NCBI GenBank assembly: GCA_030141605.1 | Contig: JAQGDQ010000290.1 | Coordinates: 124,001 to 188,000 of the forward strand | Source of the DNA: Tubiluchus corallicola | Taxonomy: Eukaryota > Animalia > Priapulida | Length of the DNA stretch: 64,000 nucleotides | Direction of reading: 5' to 3' | Shown here: piece after piece, positions 13,388 to 26,559 of the stretch | Layout: every line of letters begins with the position of its first letter | How positions within the stretch are numbered: the stretch's first letter is position 1 | Made by a program: the position numbers and the translations under genes | The notes under the pieces: generated by a model | What the model was told of the DNA's origin: nothing | Seen by the model: only the letters and a program-made list of their open reading frames with translations | The model's database searches: none

Positions 13388-13975
13388 TTAAAGGAAAACC
13401 GGATCTAATCTTAAACCATAGCTCAAAACAATGTACTCTATGAAATAATGAAAGAGGACATACTATTTTTTCATGAATGTCGTACATAAAATAATTATTA
13501 CCATAGAAATATAATTTCGCGCCCGCGCGGTTAGTTATTCGCTATTACATGGGCACTAGCCTCTACATCTCGCAAACGCGCTGCACAAAAAACAGGTGCT
13601 GTACCTCTCAGCTCAGATGTATTCGGTTGTTATGTACGTGCCTGAGCACAGCAGTAAATTTGAAATTTGGATTTTAAACTTAAAATTTGCCCAGTTTTTG
13701 TATATCACACTGAAAGTTGTACAATAGCACTATAATTTCAATTATCGTTTTCGCAAACACGTGCAACACCCTCGCGCAATGTTTGTGCTGTGCAAATTGA
13801 TGTCATCACTAGTTGGGGGTCGTCTGCTGACAATTAAGTTTTTAATTACCAGTTTTTAATTGCTATTATTTAATTACCAGAAACGCTTTGGCATTATTAT
13901 AAGTGTGAAAATGTATACTTTTTACCATACTTCTAGTTTGGGTAGGGTATGAAAAATCATCCTGTTTTCCTTTAA
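13388..13975 (+). mobile_element. Kolobok-like non-autonomous DNA transposon
   Basis: TTAA-AGGAAAACCGGAT ... ATCCTGTTTTCCT-TTAA termini (TTAA target, AGG..CCT ends). Confidence 0.7.
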
Positions 13976-14014
13976 AAGCAACATGTTAACGCTTTCGTGG
14001 TTAAGTTACTTCAA

Positions 14015-14407
14015 ATGCTTCTGCCTGAAAACCTTAATATAGCTGCCTTAGGAACTAATGATCTGTTGAAGTTGTTATTATTCGGAAAAGATGAATTTAA
14101 CTATGCTGCTAACTGTAAAATATTCCAATGCATACATGACTTTATATTACGTACTAAACGCTTCCACTAGTTTCTATCTGATATGAAATGCATCAGTCTT
14201 AAATATTCGTACATTAATATTTTCTAACCGTCATTTTCTACTAATGTCTAATGTAATCTTGTAGTAAAACTTGTCAGCTTGTGTAGTTATAGTCTATTCT
14301 TACTGTAAATGTTTTTGTAAATAGTGTATAAAGTCTGTTGTGGTGAGGATCCTAAATCATGTTGTTCAAACTGTCTGATCCAATCCTATAATAAATTTTG
14401 TTTAAAC
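14015..14407 (+). mobile_element. 5'-truncated CR1-group LINE insertion with 13-bp TSD
   Basis: Encodes ORF2-like C-terminus ...LLKLLLFGKDEFNYAANCKIFQCIHDFILRTKRFH*; TAAGTTACTTCAA at 14002-14014 and 14408-14420. Confidence 0.8.
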
Positions 14408-16054
14408 TAAGTTACTTCAACTGTTTCATGAAATATGATTGTAACTTGACCAACATACGAATTGACTGTAACAGCACAGAATGCCACGGATGACGGGATC
14501 TTTATGTAGTAATGATCATGCCAAACATTACGTTTCATTTCATCACATTAATTCAATAAACGTTGTATCATAGTAAAAAAAAATCAGATCACGTTTAATC
14601 ATTTTAGCTTCGTCACACAAAACATCATGCAGTTTTCTTTACATGCTTCGTTTATAGAATCATATCAAGCAACACTTAACACTATCTCAATTCAGCTACT
14701 GACCTTAAAGGACTGTAGTTAACTCCCATTTGATCATTTCAGTCGAAAAACGGCCGATCCATTTCGACCCAAATGAGATCATATCGAATACTGGTCCACA
14801 TTTAGTCATTTCATTTTACAAAGTATCAGTCTGGCAATTTCCACTTTCTTAACTGTTCTTAAAAACTATAATTCTTAGATCAATAAATACAAAGAATTGC
14901 CTTTAACTGATACATCGCTTACCACTTGAAATGTGAGAATAGATAATGTGATAGACAGATAGTGACTACAACAACAAGAACAACATCAAGATGAGTAGCG
15001 ATGTGGGTCGAGTCCCAGGACAAAAAAACTATGTGGGACTAAAGCAGTGAAAAATAATAAAAGCGACCGTCCTTGTCCGAAGACGTTAAGTTGGTGATGG
15101 TTTAACATTACAGTTTTTCTTTCAGAAATTGCCATCGAATCCATAGCTGAAGGAAAATGATTTGCAATCAAGATTCAAGACTCAAAATTCCACGAGTAGA
15201 ACGTTTTTAAATCCAACAGCAGTTACCGTTTTGACACAAATCAGATTAATTTAGTTTTATAAATTCAATAATTTCATAATTTGATATATCAACATCGTAA
15301 ACCACTTTTAAAATTAACATTTTTCGTAAGCCAGGTAGCTTTTTGAAAGTTTAACTGCCGTCTGAGAAAATTTAATGTGAGTGCTCAAAGTCAAAACTAA
15401 ACTAAACTGGCAAAGACTACATGCGAATCATCATGTATTGCCTTCAAAATGACTTTAGTAATATTAATGCACAATTTAACAAAAGTTTACATAAAGCATT
15501 TTTGTTGCTGAATTCGATGAGTCATCCTGTAACTAGATGAGTCGTGCATGTTTGAATGGGAGAAGATAAAGATTTTCTCAATTTCGTTTAAATTTATAGC
15601 TTGTAGCCAGCGGTAGATAACAATGCATTCGCTTCACACCTGGATAGGGAAAATATGGAGCTTCCAGAAGCCTCGTGAAAAATGCGTATATTATCGTTAC
15701 TGTCTTAGTCAGCCTTCAGTCCCTTCCTGGAGATAAACAAAAAATTCCGTCGCAATATGAATTCCAGCACCAAAATACGAGCGATGCAACGTTTAACAAT
15801 ACCCAGTTTTGTACTGAATTAAGATTGTGCCAATCCTTATTTGAATCCTTATTCTAATACTAATTCTAAGTATTCTGATAAATTACTGATAGAAACGTAA
15901 GTGTATCTCATACGAATGTCATTCCTTTCTTACACAAGTACGAATTATAGTGTCCTCTTCCTCACTCCGCAGAATCAACAGGCATTATTAATTCCGTTAA
16001 ATATGGAGAAAATGTGCAAAGCACTAATCATAAAATTCTTTTTAAATTTCTCTT

Positions 16055-17480
16055 TTAATCATCTTTTTGCAGCTTTAGCTCAATGCCTCTTCTTTTTCTC
16101 AACGCCATTGCTTCTTTTACGTAATAACTTGCTTCTCTTAAATCGTCATCTTCTTCAGACTTAATGACATCTCCAATTAAAATTTTGTTGTTGGGCAATA
16201 GGTCCCTCATTACTTCACATTTCAATAAGTGCTCTGTAGTATCATCCTCTCTTTTACACAGAGGACATTTCAAATCTTCGTTGAAAGAACTTTTCTGGAT
16301 ACATTTAACCATCACCATATTCAGTTTCACTTCAAATACCTCTCTCAGTTCTTCTAACTTTATTACATTAACATACTTTTTGACTCTTTTTGTTGGTATG
16401 TGTTCTTGCACTCTTTGTTTAATACGTTCACGTGTTTAATACGATACGTGTTTAATACGTTCACGTGTTTAATACGATTCACGTGTTTAATACATTCACG
16501 TGTTTAATACGTTCACGTGTTTAATACATTGACGTACTTAATACATTCACGTGCTTAATACGTTGACGTGTTAAACACATTCACGTGTTTAATACATTCA
16601 CGTGTTTAACACGATTCACGTGTTTAATACATTCACGTGTTTAACACGATTCACGTGTTTAATACGATTCACGTGTTTAATACGATTCACGTGTTTAATA
16701 CGATACGTGTTTAATACGTTCACGTGTTTAATACGATACGTGTTTAATACGTTCACGTGTTTAATACGTTCACGTGTTTAATACGATACGTGTTTAATAC
16801 GTTCACGTGTTTAATACGTTCACGTGTTTAATACGATTCACGTGTTTAATACATTCACGTGTTTAATACATTCACGTGCTTAATACGTTGACGTGTTTAA
16901 CACATTCACGTGTTTAACACGATTCACGTGTTTAACACGATTCACGTGTTTAACACGATTCACGTGTTTAATACGATTCACGTGTTTAATACGTTGACGT
17001 GTTTAATACATTCACGTGTTTAATACATTGACGTTTTAATACGTTCACATGTTTAATACATTCACGTGTTTAACACATTCACGTGTTTAATACGATTCAC
17101 GTGCTTAATACGTTCACGTGTTTAATACATTGACGTACTTAATACATTCACGTGTTTAATACGTTCACGTATTTTATTTTTCACCAACTTCTTCAACACT
17201 GATTTTTTTAAATTCATTTTACTTCTTCACATTCAACTGAAATGCCGTAGTTTTCAACTATTTCTGATTTCTCCTGTCCAACTCATACGAATCTGTTTCT
17301 CCCACATCACCATCATCACCTCTCTAGCTTCATCATCATCGTCATCATCATCATCATCACCACCATCATCATCATCATCATCATCATCATCGTCACATCT
17401 CTAGCTTCTCTTTTCCTCTGAATTAACTAACTTATGATACAACGTTAATTTTCTATCTCAACTGTATCATTTTCTGTATA
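16055..17480 (-). mobile_element. Non-LTR retrotransposon ORF2 C-terminal remnant split by a minisatellite and (CAT)n
   Basis: CCHC motif CPLCKREDDTTEHLLKC in ORF 16055..16411; further decayed coding (KKSVLKKLVK, LYHKLVNSEEKREAR) beyond the repeat at 17170-17480. Confidence 0.75.
16416..17170. repeat. 17-18 bp minisatellite (GTGTTTAATACGTTCAC)n
   Basis: Directly visible, ~43 degenerate copies. Confidence 0.95.
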
Positions 17481-19089
17481 ATTTTATGATACAACAACAA
17501 CAGTCTCCCTCTTTTACTTCTTCCTGTCTTTCAATTCTTTTCGATTTCAATTTTATTCCAGACATAGAGCGTCGATAAAGAGAATTACACACAGCAAATG
17601 ATAAAAGATAAATGAGAGTTAATAGATAAACTAATTAATAAATTATTAAATTAGGAATTATGTACATAGATGAAGCATAACACGCAGGCCTGCACATGTA
17701 AATACATCTAAGAGAGTTCTGATATACAACTATACTTTCTTCTTACAAGGTCTCCTTGTTTGGTGCTTGTCTTCATTACAAATGCATTGTCCTCACGATA
17801 GCTAAGCATTTTAATTACCATGTCTTACGATGTATAAAGCATTATTATGCATGTCATACATGAATTAGTCAGCTACCAACGTACTATGATTGATCGACTT
17901 ACGCCATGTTTTTTACAATCGAAAATCACTACCTCAAAAACGGACAAGTCTTGAATTTTGCTTTTGTCATTTGTGTAATGATTCACGGTCATTCATATAT
18001 CATTCAATGGATACGCGTTTCAAGGATAAATAACTTATTGAAGCGAGCGATAATGTTCCTTCTTAATGTTTCAAACGACTTAGCAAAGTAACTTATATTC
18101 GTACCAATCAAATTTTTTTATATTTTAGGCTTTGAAGCACCAGAAAACACTCTTCATAAACAAAATTAAAAAAATTCATCTTGAATTATTGCATCACTTA
18201 CATGCTGTCTTATTGCATACAGAGCTTGCGTAACTTGTATAACTTTAAACTTAAACTCCCGCGATGATTGTCAGGCGTAGCCATTTTAACGGCATCATTT
18301 GAAACAAGTTTAGATGACATTACATAAAATTTGAAAAGAAATGATCAGGCCCATTCACAGCACACGCTTCCCTAACTAAGCAAAACTTTAAGCTGCTTTA
18401 TACTGTCAACAATATCAATAATGTGTTTTTTGATTAATCAGTGGTGCACACTGAGATGAGTGGGGCAACGCAGTACCGTTTTCCCTGTGCTGCAAACATT
18501 TTAAATTATTAAGAATTTTCATTTTCAATTATACGTCTTTCAAACAGGTAAGCGTAACGCAAAGTAATATAATTTTGTATGAAAACTTTATTGGGATTTT
18601 CTTTGAAATTATCTTTTCTTCCCCTTTAAATATCAGGCTGGCGCACACACATTTTTGAAACAGCTGATAATGATCTTTCTGGATATTTCATATCAGCCTG
18701 ATAAAACAATTTGTTTCTAGTGATGAAGCCATTTAATACTTTAGGCTAGTGAAGTCGTATAAGCAGAGAACGGAATCATTTTTTCCATGTTATCCATGAT
18801 ACACATCCGGTTACTTGTTACTTGAAAAACGACTTATTAGCAGTTTCTTGTATGTAGAACATAAAAGCATAAATAGCTAAAATTTACTGCAATAACATAA
18901 GGCGCCTTGGTCATAATTTGAATCTCTCCTCACTATAGACGTACAACACTAATATTTTGTCCTTGAAGTCGACGCCATAAACTGACGATTGATTCCAAAT
19001 TGCATTTTCACTGTAAGAAATTTCTAAAACTTAATTATTTATTAGTCTAAATTATCGACTAAATATGATCTTGATACAAGGCTTGTTAA

Positions 19090-20337
19090 CACTACTTTTT
19101 GTAATAGTGTTGTGATAACTATTTTTAATACTACTTATGTAATATTGTCGTGATAACTATTTTTAATACTACTTATGTAATAGTGTTGTGATAATTATTT
19201 TTAATACTACTTATGTAATATTGTCGTGGTAACTATTTTTACTACTACTTATGTAATAGTGTTGTGATAACTATTTTTAATACTACTTTGTAATATTGTC
19301 GTGATAACTATTTTTAATACTACTTATGTAATAGTGTTGTGATAACTATTTTTAATACTACTTATGTAATATTGTCGTGGTAACTATTTTTAATACTACT
19401 TATGTAATAGTGTTGTGATAACTATTTTTAATACTACTTTTTGTAATATTGTTGTGATAACTATTTTTAATACTACTTATGTAATAGTGTTGTGATAACT
19501 ATTTTTAATACTACTTATGTAATAGTGTTGTGATAACTATTTTTAATACTACTAGTAATAGTGTTGTGATAACTATTTTTAATACTACTTATGTAATAGT
19601 GTTGTGATAACTATTTTTAATACTACTTATGCAATAGTGTTGTGATAACTATTTTTAATACTGCTTATGTAATATTGTTGTGATAACTATTTTTAATACT
19701 ACTTATGTAATAGTGTTGTGATAACTATTTTTAATACTACTTATGTAATATGTTGTGATAACTATTTTTAATACTACTGTAATATGGTGATAACTATTTT
19801 TAATACTACTTATGTAATAGTGTGTGATAACTATTTTTAATACTACTTTGAATATGTTGTGATAACTATTTTTAATACTGCTTATGTAATATTGTTGTGA
19901 TAACTATTTTTAATACTACTTATGTAATAGTGTTGTGATAACTATTTTTAATACTACTTATGTAATATTGTTGTGATAACTATTTTTAATACTACTTGTG
20001 TAATATTGTCGTGATAACTATTTTTAATACTACTTATGTAATAGTGTTGTGATAACTATTTTTAATACTACTTTTTGTAATATTGTTGTGATAACTATTT
20101 TTAATACTACTTATGTAATAGTGTTGTGATAACTATTTTTAATACTACTTATGTAATAGTGTTGTGATAACTATTTTTAATACTACTTTTTGTAATATTG
20201 TTCTGATAACTATTTTTAATACTACTTATGTAATAGTGTTGTGATAACTATTTTTAATACTACTTATGTAATAGTGTTGTGATAACTATTTTTAATACTA
20301 CTTTTTGTAATATTGTTCTGACAACTATTTTTAATAC
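19090..20337. repeat. ~38-bp AT-rich minisatellite in an intron of the intermediate-filament gene
   Basis: Unit TGTAATAGTGTTGTGATAACTATTTTTAATACTACTTA, >30 copies. Confidence 0.95.
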
Positions 20338-20511
20338 TTGCACGAATTAATTGTTCTATGTTCTGTACGCTCCACAACATTTCTTTGTAAGGGATTTTGT
20401 CTCTAGTATAGATTTCTTTCACTGTTGATTAAATCTGTCTTATCTGTTTGCTTGTAATTCAGTGTATATAACGGTGATTCAATAAACAAACATACATATT
20501 AGAAAACTTAC

Positions 20512-21413
20512 TTTTTCCTCCATTGTTCTGCTTCCTGCTTCAGTGCGTCTTGTTTCTCTTGTAACTGGTCAATCTTTTTCTTACTCTCGTCAGATAGCAC
20601 CCTGCACTCGTCTATCTCAGTTTGGTACTTCATCTTTAAATGAAGCGAGATGGTCTTGTACTTTTGCTGATACGTCTTCAGTTCAGCCATTAAAGAGATA
20701 TTCTCAGCCTCCAGGTTGCGTACGTGTTCGATGTAGTTGGAGAACCTACTGTTAAGTCCACCCAGCGTCTTCTTCTCATTTACCCTGTCCGACACAAATT
20801 CCTCTTTTCCAAGTTGGGCCTGCAAGTATTCCATTTCTTCGGGTTCTGGCAGTGATCCTGCGGTAGGGTAGATGTGTGTCCTGTTGGCGTAGTTATTGAT
20901 TAGCGATCGAATGGAAACGTCCATAATGTCTTCGGAATTTGAAGAGTTGGCACGGACCCATTCGTCCAATTTCTCATCCATTGGATGGATTGGACTTTCC
21001 CGGCCAACACCAGAATCGGCTGTGTCACTGTGTTTTTCATCAGTAAAAGAGTCTTTTCTGTTTGATCCCATTTCGTTTTTACCATCTTCACTGATCTTTG
21101 ACTTCCTTTTATTGCTGAAGTCGAGCTGCTTCTTTGCGGCTGCTAAATCGACTTTGTGGTACTTTCTCTCTGGGCTGGTGTCCGGTGTGCTGTTGAGACT
21201 CGATTTGCCACTGCTCCGTCCCCAAACATGCTTTCCTTGCTCTCGTTCAGGACTCCGACTTAGCACCCCATTCGTTTCCGGCACCGGGCGATTTCTGCTC
21301 TTCCATATTATTCTATCCTTTTCCGTAACTTTGTCCTCTTTTGGAGCAGACGCTTTATTTTTGTTACCCCATTTCAAGATTCTTGGTTTGTTCTGACTTG
21401 CAGTGCTCATCAT
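20512..21413 (-). CDS. Cytoplasmic intermediate filament protein, first coding exon (long head, coil 1A, start of coil 1B)
   Basis: Coil-1A signature EKKTLGGLNSRFSNYIEHVRNLEAEN; phase-2 donor AA|GTAAGT at 20512/20511 at the vimentin-like intron-1 position; acceptor TTCACAG near 21468 with an in-frame stop before the ATG. Confidence 0.88.
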
Positions 21414-22442
21414 AGTTGAAGCGGAACAGTTGGAGCCCTTTCAGAGCATCAATGGGTTATCGGTACCTGTGAACAAAAATATGGAGTCACAGTTTGAGTT
21501 AATGATAGAATCAAAAATGTTGTTGAACATTAAAAATAACGCTTATCAGAATGTGTTGAAGGAATTAAGGAGTTTTTCAAATAGATTCTCATAAAGATTC
21601 TAATTTCATTTGATGTTTTAACGCTAACACAAATTCTTTGCAGACTCTTATCTTATGCCTTTTAGGCTCTATTAGTCAGACCTTTTAACGAACAATTAAA
21701 AAGCTCCTTTGGTGTAGCACGCGATACCTAATTGCCTAACAAACCTCAGGACGTCCAATCAAGTTAGTGTATGGGTCACAGTAAGCGTAATTAACCGCTT
21801 TTTAAATGCGACCTCTCTCTATCTTTTTCTTTGACAGGGTCAAAATACCATAAGTCGTTTTTGGAAACTGTCTGAATTAAACAACTTTTATACCCAAAAA
21901 ACGCTAATCACTGACCTTCATCTGACTCGCTTATAAAGCCGCGCGTTTCTCAAAATTGTAAAACGCATTTCATTAACAAAGACGCGGCCAGAAAGAAATT
22001 CTGGCGAAGATTTCCTGACATGTAGCGTTAAAAAACGATAAACGTTGTAGCTTCTGTTACGTGAATAGCTTAACACTCATCAATCTTTTGCTGTCTTCGA
22101 AATTGAAAGTATGTGTGTCTGCAGGAAAATTAATTGGTTTTTTTGTCGAAAGTTGAACCGAAGCTATCATTACAACTCATTCCTGAGTGTTTTGTCGTGT
22201 AGAAGTCAAGATCAGGATATCTAATTATGATGCAGTGCATGCTCAAGCATGCCGAACGATCTGTTTTATAGCAGCCAGAAGACCTTCAAATCGTAACAAT
22301 TAGCATTGCAATTTGTAGTTGTGATTTAGTGCCTGATATTGATAAAATTAACATTTGTCACGCAAGTGGGACATCTTAAAGAATTTTACGTTGTATTTCT
22401 TTGAATTTCATGGTTTGCATATCTTAGGTAAAAGCACAAACT

Positions 22443-22730
22443 GGTGCGCGGTAAAAATGGCACAGCTAAAAACGGCACAGAAAAAAATGGCACCGTAAAA
22501 ATGGCGCAAATGGAAAAGTAGGTAAAATTGTAAAATGTCACAGGAAAAATAATACAAGAAAGTGCCATTTTCACCTACTTTTCTCTTTTGTGCCATTTTT
22601 TCTTTTGTCAAATTTTTCTGTACCGTTTTTACTTGTGTCATTTTACCAGTTTTTTCATTTGTGCCATTTTCTCTTATGCCGTGCCATGTTTTCTTGCGCT
22701 ATTTTTACCCGTGACATTTTTACCTACATT
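22443..22730. mobile_element. Foldback/MITE with internal AAAAATGGCAC subrepeats in inverted arrangement
   Basis: Left half (GGTAAAAATGGCAC...) mirrors right half (...GTGCCATTTTT...ATTTTTACC). Confidence 0.7.
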
Positions 22731-23556
22731 CGCCACTTATATAAGCACATGAAGCATGGATCGAAAAGATTTGCTTTTCGTCGTTTTTTGGTCTCGTGCC
22801 TGGCATCCAGGAGTTCGGCAGTTGTACGAGGCGCTGGCGTGGCCATATTTACGTGTTTACATTCAAAACTTCCGCGCAACTTTATATCTTTGAATGGCAG
22901 CTGAATGAATTAACTTTCCACGTGTAATGACTCTTTCCGTTGCTTTGGGTGATCATGCGCCCGAATTTTAATGGTTACAACATAGTAGAACATAGGTTAC
23001 AAGGTGAGTGGCAAGTTGAGCAACACTAAAACTTATCAGTACCTGGATGGGTTCCCAACTTCCCAATGAACTATCTACGCAGGCGATCCCACACTTATTA
23101 AGGTAGGTTCATACGAATACGCTTTCTACACGTTGTTGACTTTGTACACTTTGTTAGTCGTAAGGTTCATTAGAGCGAGCAGTGATTTTGTGGGCGTGTT
23201 GAAAGATGAATGTGGGTAAAACAATGAAGTCTGACAAAAATGAATCATTTAATCGAGCGCATTGATATAAAAACACGTGACGAAAGGGAAAATTACGCAT
23301 GACAAAAAGCTTGTCAAATCGCACTACTTCACACTTAAAATTCGCAGCAACAGTCTGTACTCGAACAGCAATTAAGCATTAATTAACTCTATAAATGAAG
23401 GCCAACCTAATTCTAATTATATGGGTGGGTTATAATTACGTTACATAGTTATTTAGTGTACAATTATAATTAAAATTAGAAGTATAGACGTATAAGTATA
23501 GAAGTATAAGTATAATTAAAAATTTTCAGTCATACTTTAGTCCAGTTTCAAATCAA

Positions 23557-23995
23557 CATAATCATTACACAAGATATTCAGTTGAAAACTATGTAATTCC
23601 TCTTCCAAAAACAAATATAATGAAACAGTCATCAAAATATAATGTTATTAAATTATGGTTATCAATTCCGCGTGAAATGAAAACTTCTAATCTTTATCAA
23701 TTTAAAAAAGCATCAAAAATTTCTTACTACAACGGTATAATTAACTCACAATTTTACTCATCCTGATCTTAAGTTACTAACGAAACTTATTTTGTTCTAA
23801 TGTATGTTATAACTGATGAAAATGTAATGTTAATTGTCAATTGTTCCACTTCTCTGGAGAAGGACACGAAGGCATAATGCTCCTTCCACCTTCTCACAGT
23901 GACTCGTTTATTTTGATTTTATAATGTAATAACAATTTGTGTGTATGTTTATATCTACGATTAGCTGTTGAATAAATTCATAAATCAAATAAAAA
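23557..23995 (+). mobile_element. 3' fragment of an L2/Crack-type LINE
   Basis: Translates HNHYTRYSVENYVIPLPKTNIMKQSSKYNVIKLWLSIPREMKTSNLYQFKK, a typical ORF2 C-terminus, followed by a 3' UTR with AATAAA and an A-rich end. Confidence 0.7.
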
Positions 23996-24984
23996 AGTAT
24001 ATATAATTACTTATGGTGATATTAGTAATAGAAGTAATATTAGCTTAGTTCAGTAATGTGCATATTTTATTTCTGTAATGAAATGTGTTACTTAAAAGTC
24101 TTAGAATGGTATTATATTTCATCAATTTTTCTGCAAATGCAACTTGGAGAAACAAAAAAAGCAACGATAAATGAAACAGGATATTATTAACAGAAATTCT
24201 CAAGATTCGATTTCAATTTGCTACCTGAAAAGTTTCAAATAAATGAAGTTGAAGTAAAAAAATATACTTTACGAAAAATTAATTCATTATTAGATGTGAA
24301 ATCAAATTCAACTTACAGTAAAACTGCGATATCTTTTCATTCAAAAATAAGTTCCGCGTTGTTTATGGTGTTGTTTACATCGCACAAGGTATGTTTGTAA
24401 ACAACCTGCTTCTTGGCTGCAGCGGCAGGTAAGTGATGGTCCTCAGCACAGGTGAGTGCAGACTGCTGCTGCTGCTGGCGAGATGCATGACTCATCTTCA
24501 TAGCTTCTCTCAAAAATTAATGAACCGGTTCAAAACTCAGCAGTGAGAAAGCGCCCACGTAAGTAAGTACTTTATAAGGCAAAATTGTTTGTAAGAAAAA
24601 AGCTAATTAAGTTTTCGAGGGTTTAAGTGAATGTGTCAAAAGTGCAGCAGGAATTGACGAGTCAATGGAAAAAATTATAGAGCGGTTTTTGTAAAACATG
24701 GCGAAGTGCTTATTGAACACAAGAAAATCTTCAAATTCAATGAATATCTTAATGAATAAATTGTAGAATTGACAAGTGAACAGTTAATGCAATAAGAATA
24801 AATATTTATTTGTCTATTTGTGAGAATTGATCCTAGCGGTCTAAACTGTCAAGAATGCGGAATTAGCAGTGATCGGCTTCGTCGTGTTTTTTTCAGCAAG
24901 GTCAACTGGAATGATGACGACAAAATCATAACTACATGTACATGAAAGGCTAGGTGCAGTTTACAGTATTAAGTTGTTGGTAAA

Positions 24985-25130
24985 GTAATCATGGCCGAGT
25001 GGTACAGCGTGCTTGCTTTCGATCTACAGGTTTCGGGTTCGAATCCCATTCGTTTTGAGATTTTTCGTACCGCGTTCCGAATAAAGCGCTTAATTGAGTA
25101 CCTGGTCATGTATTGCTGGAAGAAAGGCGG
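24985..25130 (+). mobile_element. tRNA-derived SINE head
   Basis: A box TGGCCGAGTGG (24992) and B box GGTTCGAATCC (25037); acceptor stem does not close. Confidence 0.6.
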
Positions 25131-25132
25131 CT

Positions 25133-25712
25133 GTCCTCTTCGTGTGCCAGGTTAGGAATCTGTCCCTGCCTCTTTGTCCTCTTCGTGTGCCAGGTTACGA
25201 ACGTAGCTGCTGTAACCATCTGTCCCTACCTCTTTGTCTTCTTCGTGTGCCAGGTTAGGAACATAGTTGCCGTAACCATCTGTCCCTGCCTCTTTGTCCT
25301 CTTCGTGTGCCAGGTTAGGAACATAGTTGCCGTAACCATCTGTCCCTGCCTCTTTGTCCTCTTCGTGTGCCAGGTTACGAATATAGTTGCCGTAACCATC
25401 TGTCCCTGCCTCTTTGTCCTCTTCGTGTGCCAGGTTACGAATATAGTTGCCGTAACCATCTGTCCCTGCCTCTTTGTCCTCTTCGTGTGCCAGGTTACGA
25501 ATATAGTTGCCGTAACCATCTGTCCCTGCCTCTTTGTCCTCTTCGTGTGCCAGGTTACGAATATAGTTGCCGTAACCATCTGTCCCTGCCTCTTTGTCCT
25601 CTTCGTGTGCCAGGTTACGAATATAGTTGCTGTAACCATCTGTCCCTACCTCTTTGTCTTCTTCGTGTGCCAGGTTACGAATACAGTTGCTGTAACCATC
25701 TGTCCCTGCCTC
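25133..25712. repeat. 60-bp tandem repeat, ~9.5 copies
   Basis: Exact 60-nt period, near-identical units. Confidence 0.97.
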
Positions 25713-25773
25713 GGCATAGGACCATTCTGCTTCTTCTTCGTTCATGATCACAGAAATAACGCAAAAGACCATT

Positions 25774-26400
25774 TTAAAGTAAAACTGGACCCAGTCTGAA
25801 ACTGTAGGTCAAAACAATCTACTCTTAAAAATACTGAAAGGAAACTTACTATTTTTCCAAAAATGACTTACGTGAAGGAATTATTACCACACAAACACAA
25901 TTTCACGTTCGCGCCACTAGTTCATCACTGTTACATGCATTTCGCCATTCGTTGTTAGACGGGCATTAGCGCCTGCATTACGGAAATGCATTATACAAAA
26001 ACAGGTAGTGTACCTCTCAGTAACAGATGTGTTAGTTTGTGACGAAGCACGCACGTTTGGCAGCTCATGCGCGAGCACAGCGGTAAATTTGAAATTTGAA
26101 TTTTTATCTTAAAACATGCCTGATTTTAGTACAACAAATTGAATATCTTACAGTAGCACTATACTTCAATGTTCGCTTTCGCAAACACGTGCAACATGCT
26201 AATAGAATATTTTTGCTGTTGAAAATTATGTTAGTTTGTGATGTCATTAATAGTTGGGCTCGCCCGTCGTTAATTAAGATTTTAATCTATTATCTAATTA
26301 ACAGAAACGCTTTTGCAGCATAAATTTTGTTAAAATATATACTTTTTTATCGGACTTGAAAATGGGGTAGTATATGAAAAATAATCCTGTCTTCCTTTAA
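25774..26400 (+). mobile_element. Kolobok-like MITE copy
   Basis: TTAAAGTAAAACTGGA ... ATCCTGTCTTCCTTTAA; colinear with 41960-42558 and related to 13388-13975. Confidence 0.75.
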
Positions 26401-26559
26401 CGCTGATTGTAGTTATTGAACAAAAACAATATTAGGAAATAAAATCATTTGGCTAAAAAAACTACAAAATACAGTGTAAAGTAATTAGTATGCGCAGTAT
26501 AATAAATTTGGACAATCTTACCACAAATTCGTAAAAGTAAAATGTAAAGAAAGTAAAGC

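Noticed and set aside
17747-17801. Candidate exon 2 of the intermediate-filament gene (YREDNAFVMKTSTKQGDL)
   Set aside because: Phase fits, but the acceptor is weak and there is no heptad/coil-1B character
20896-21396. 166-aa plus-strand ORF
   Set aside because: Antisense shadow of the intermediate-filament exon
24992-25050. Functional tRNA gene
   Set aside because: A and B boxes are present but the acceptor stem does not pair
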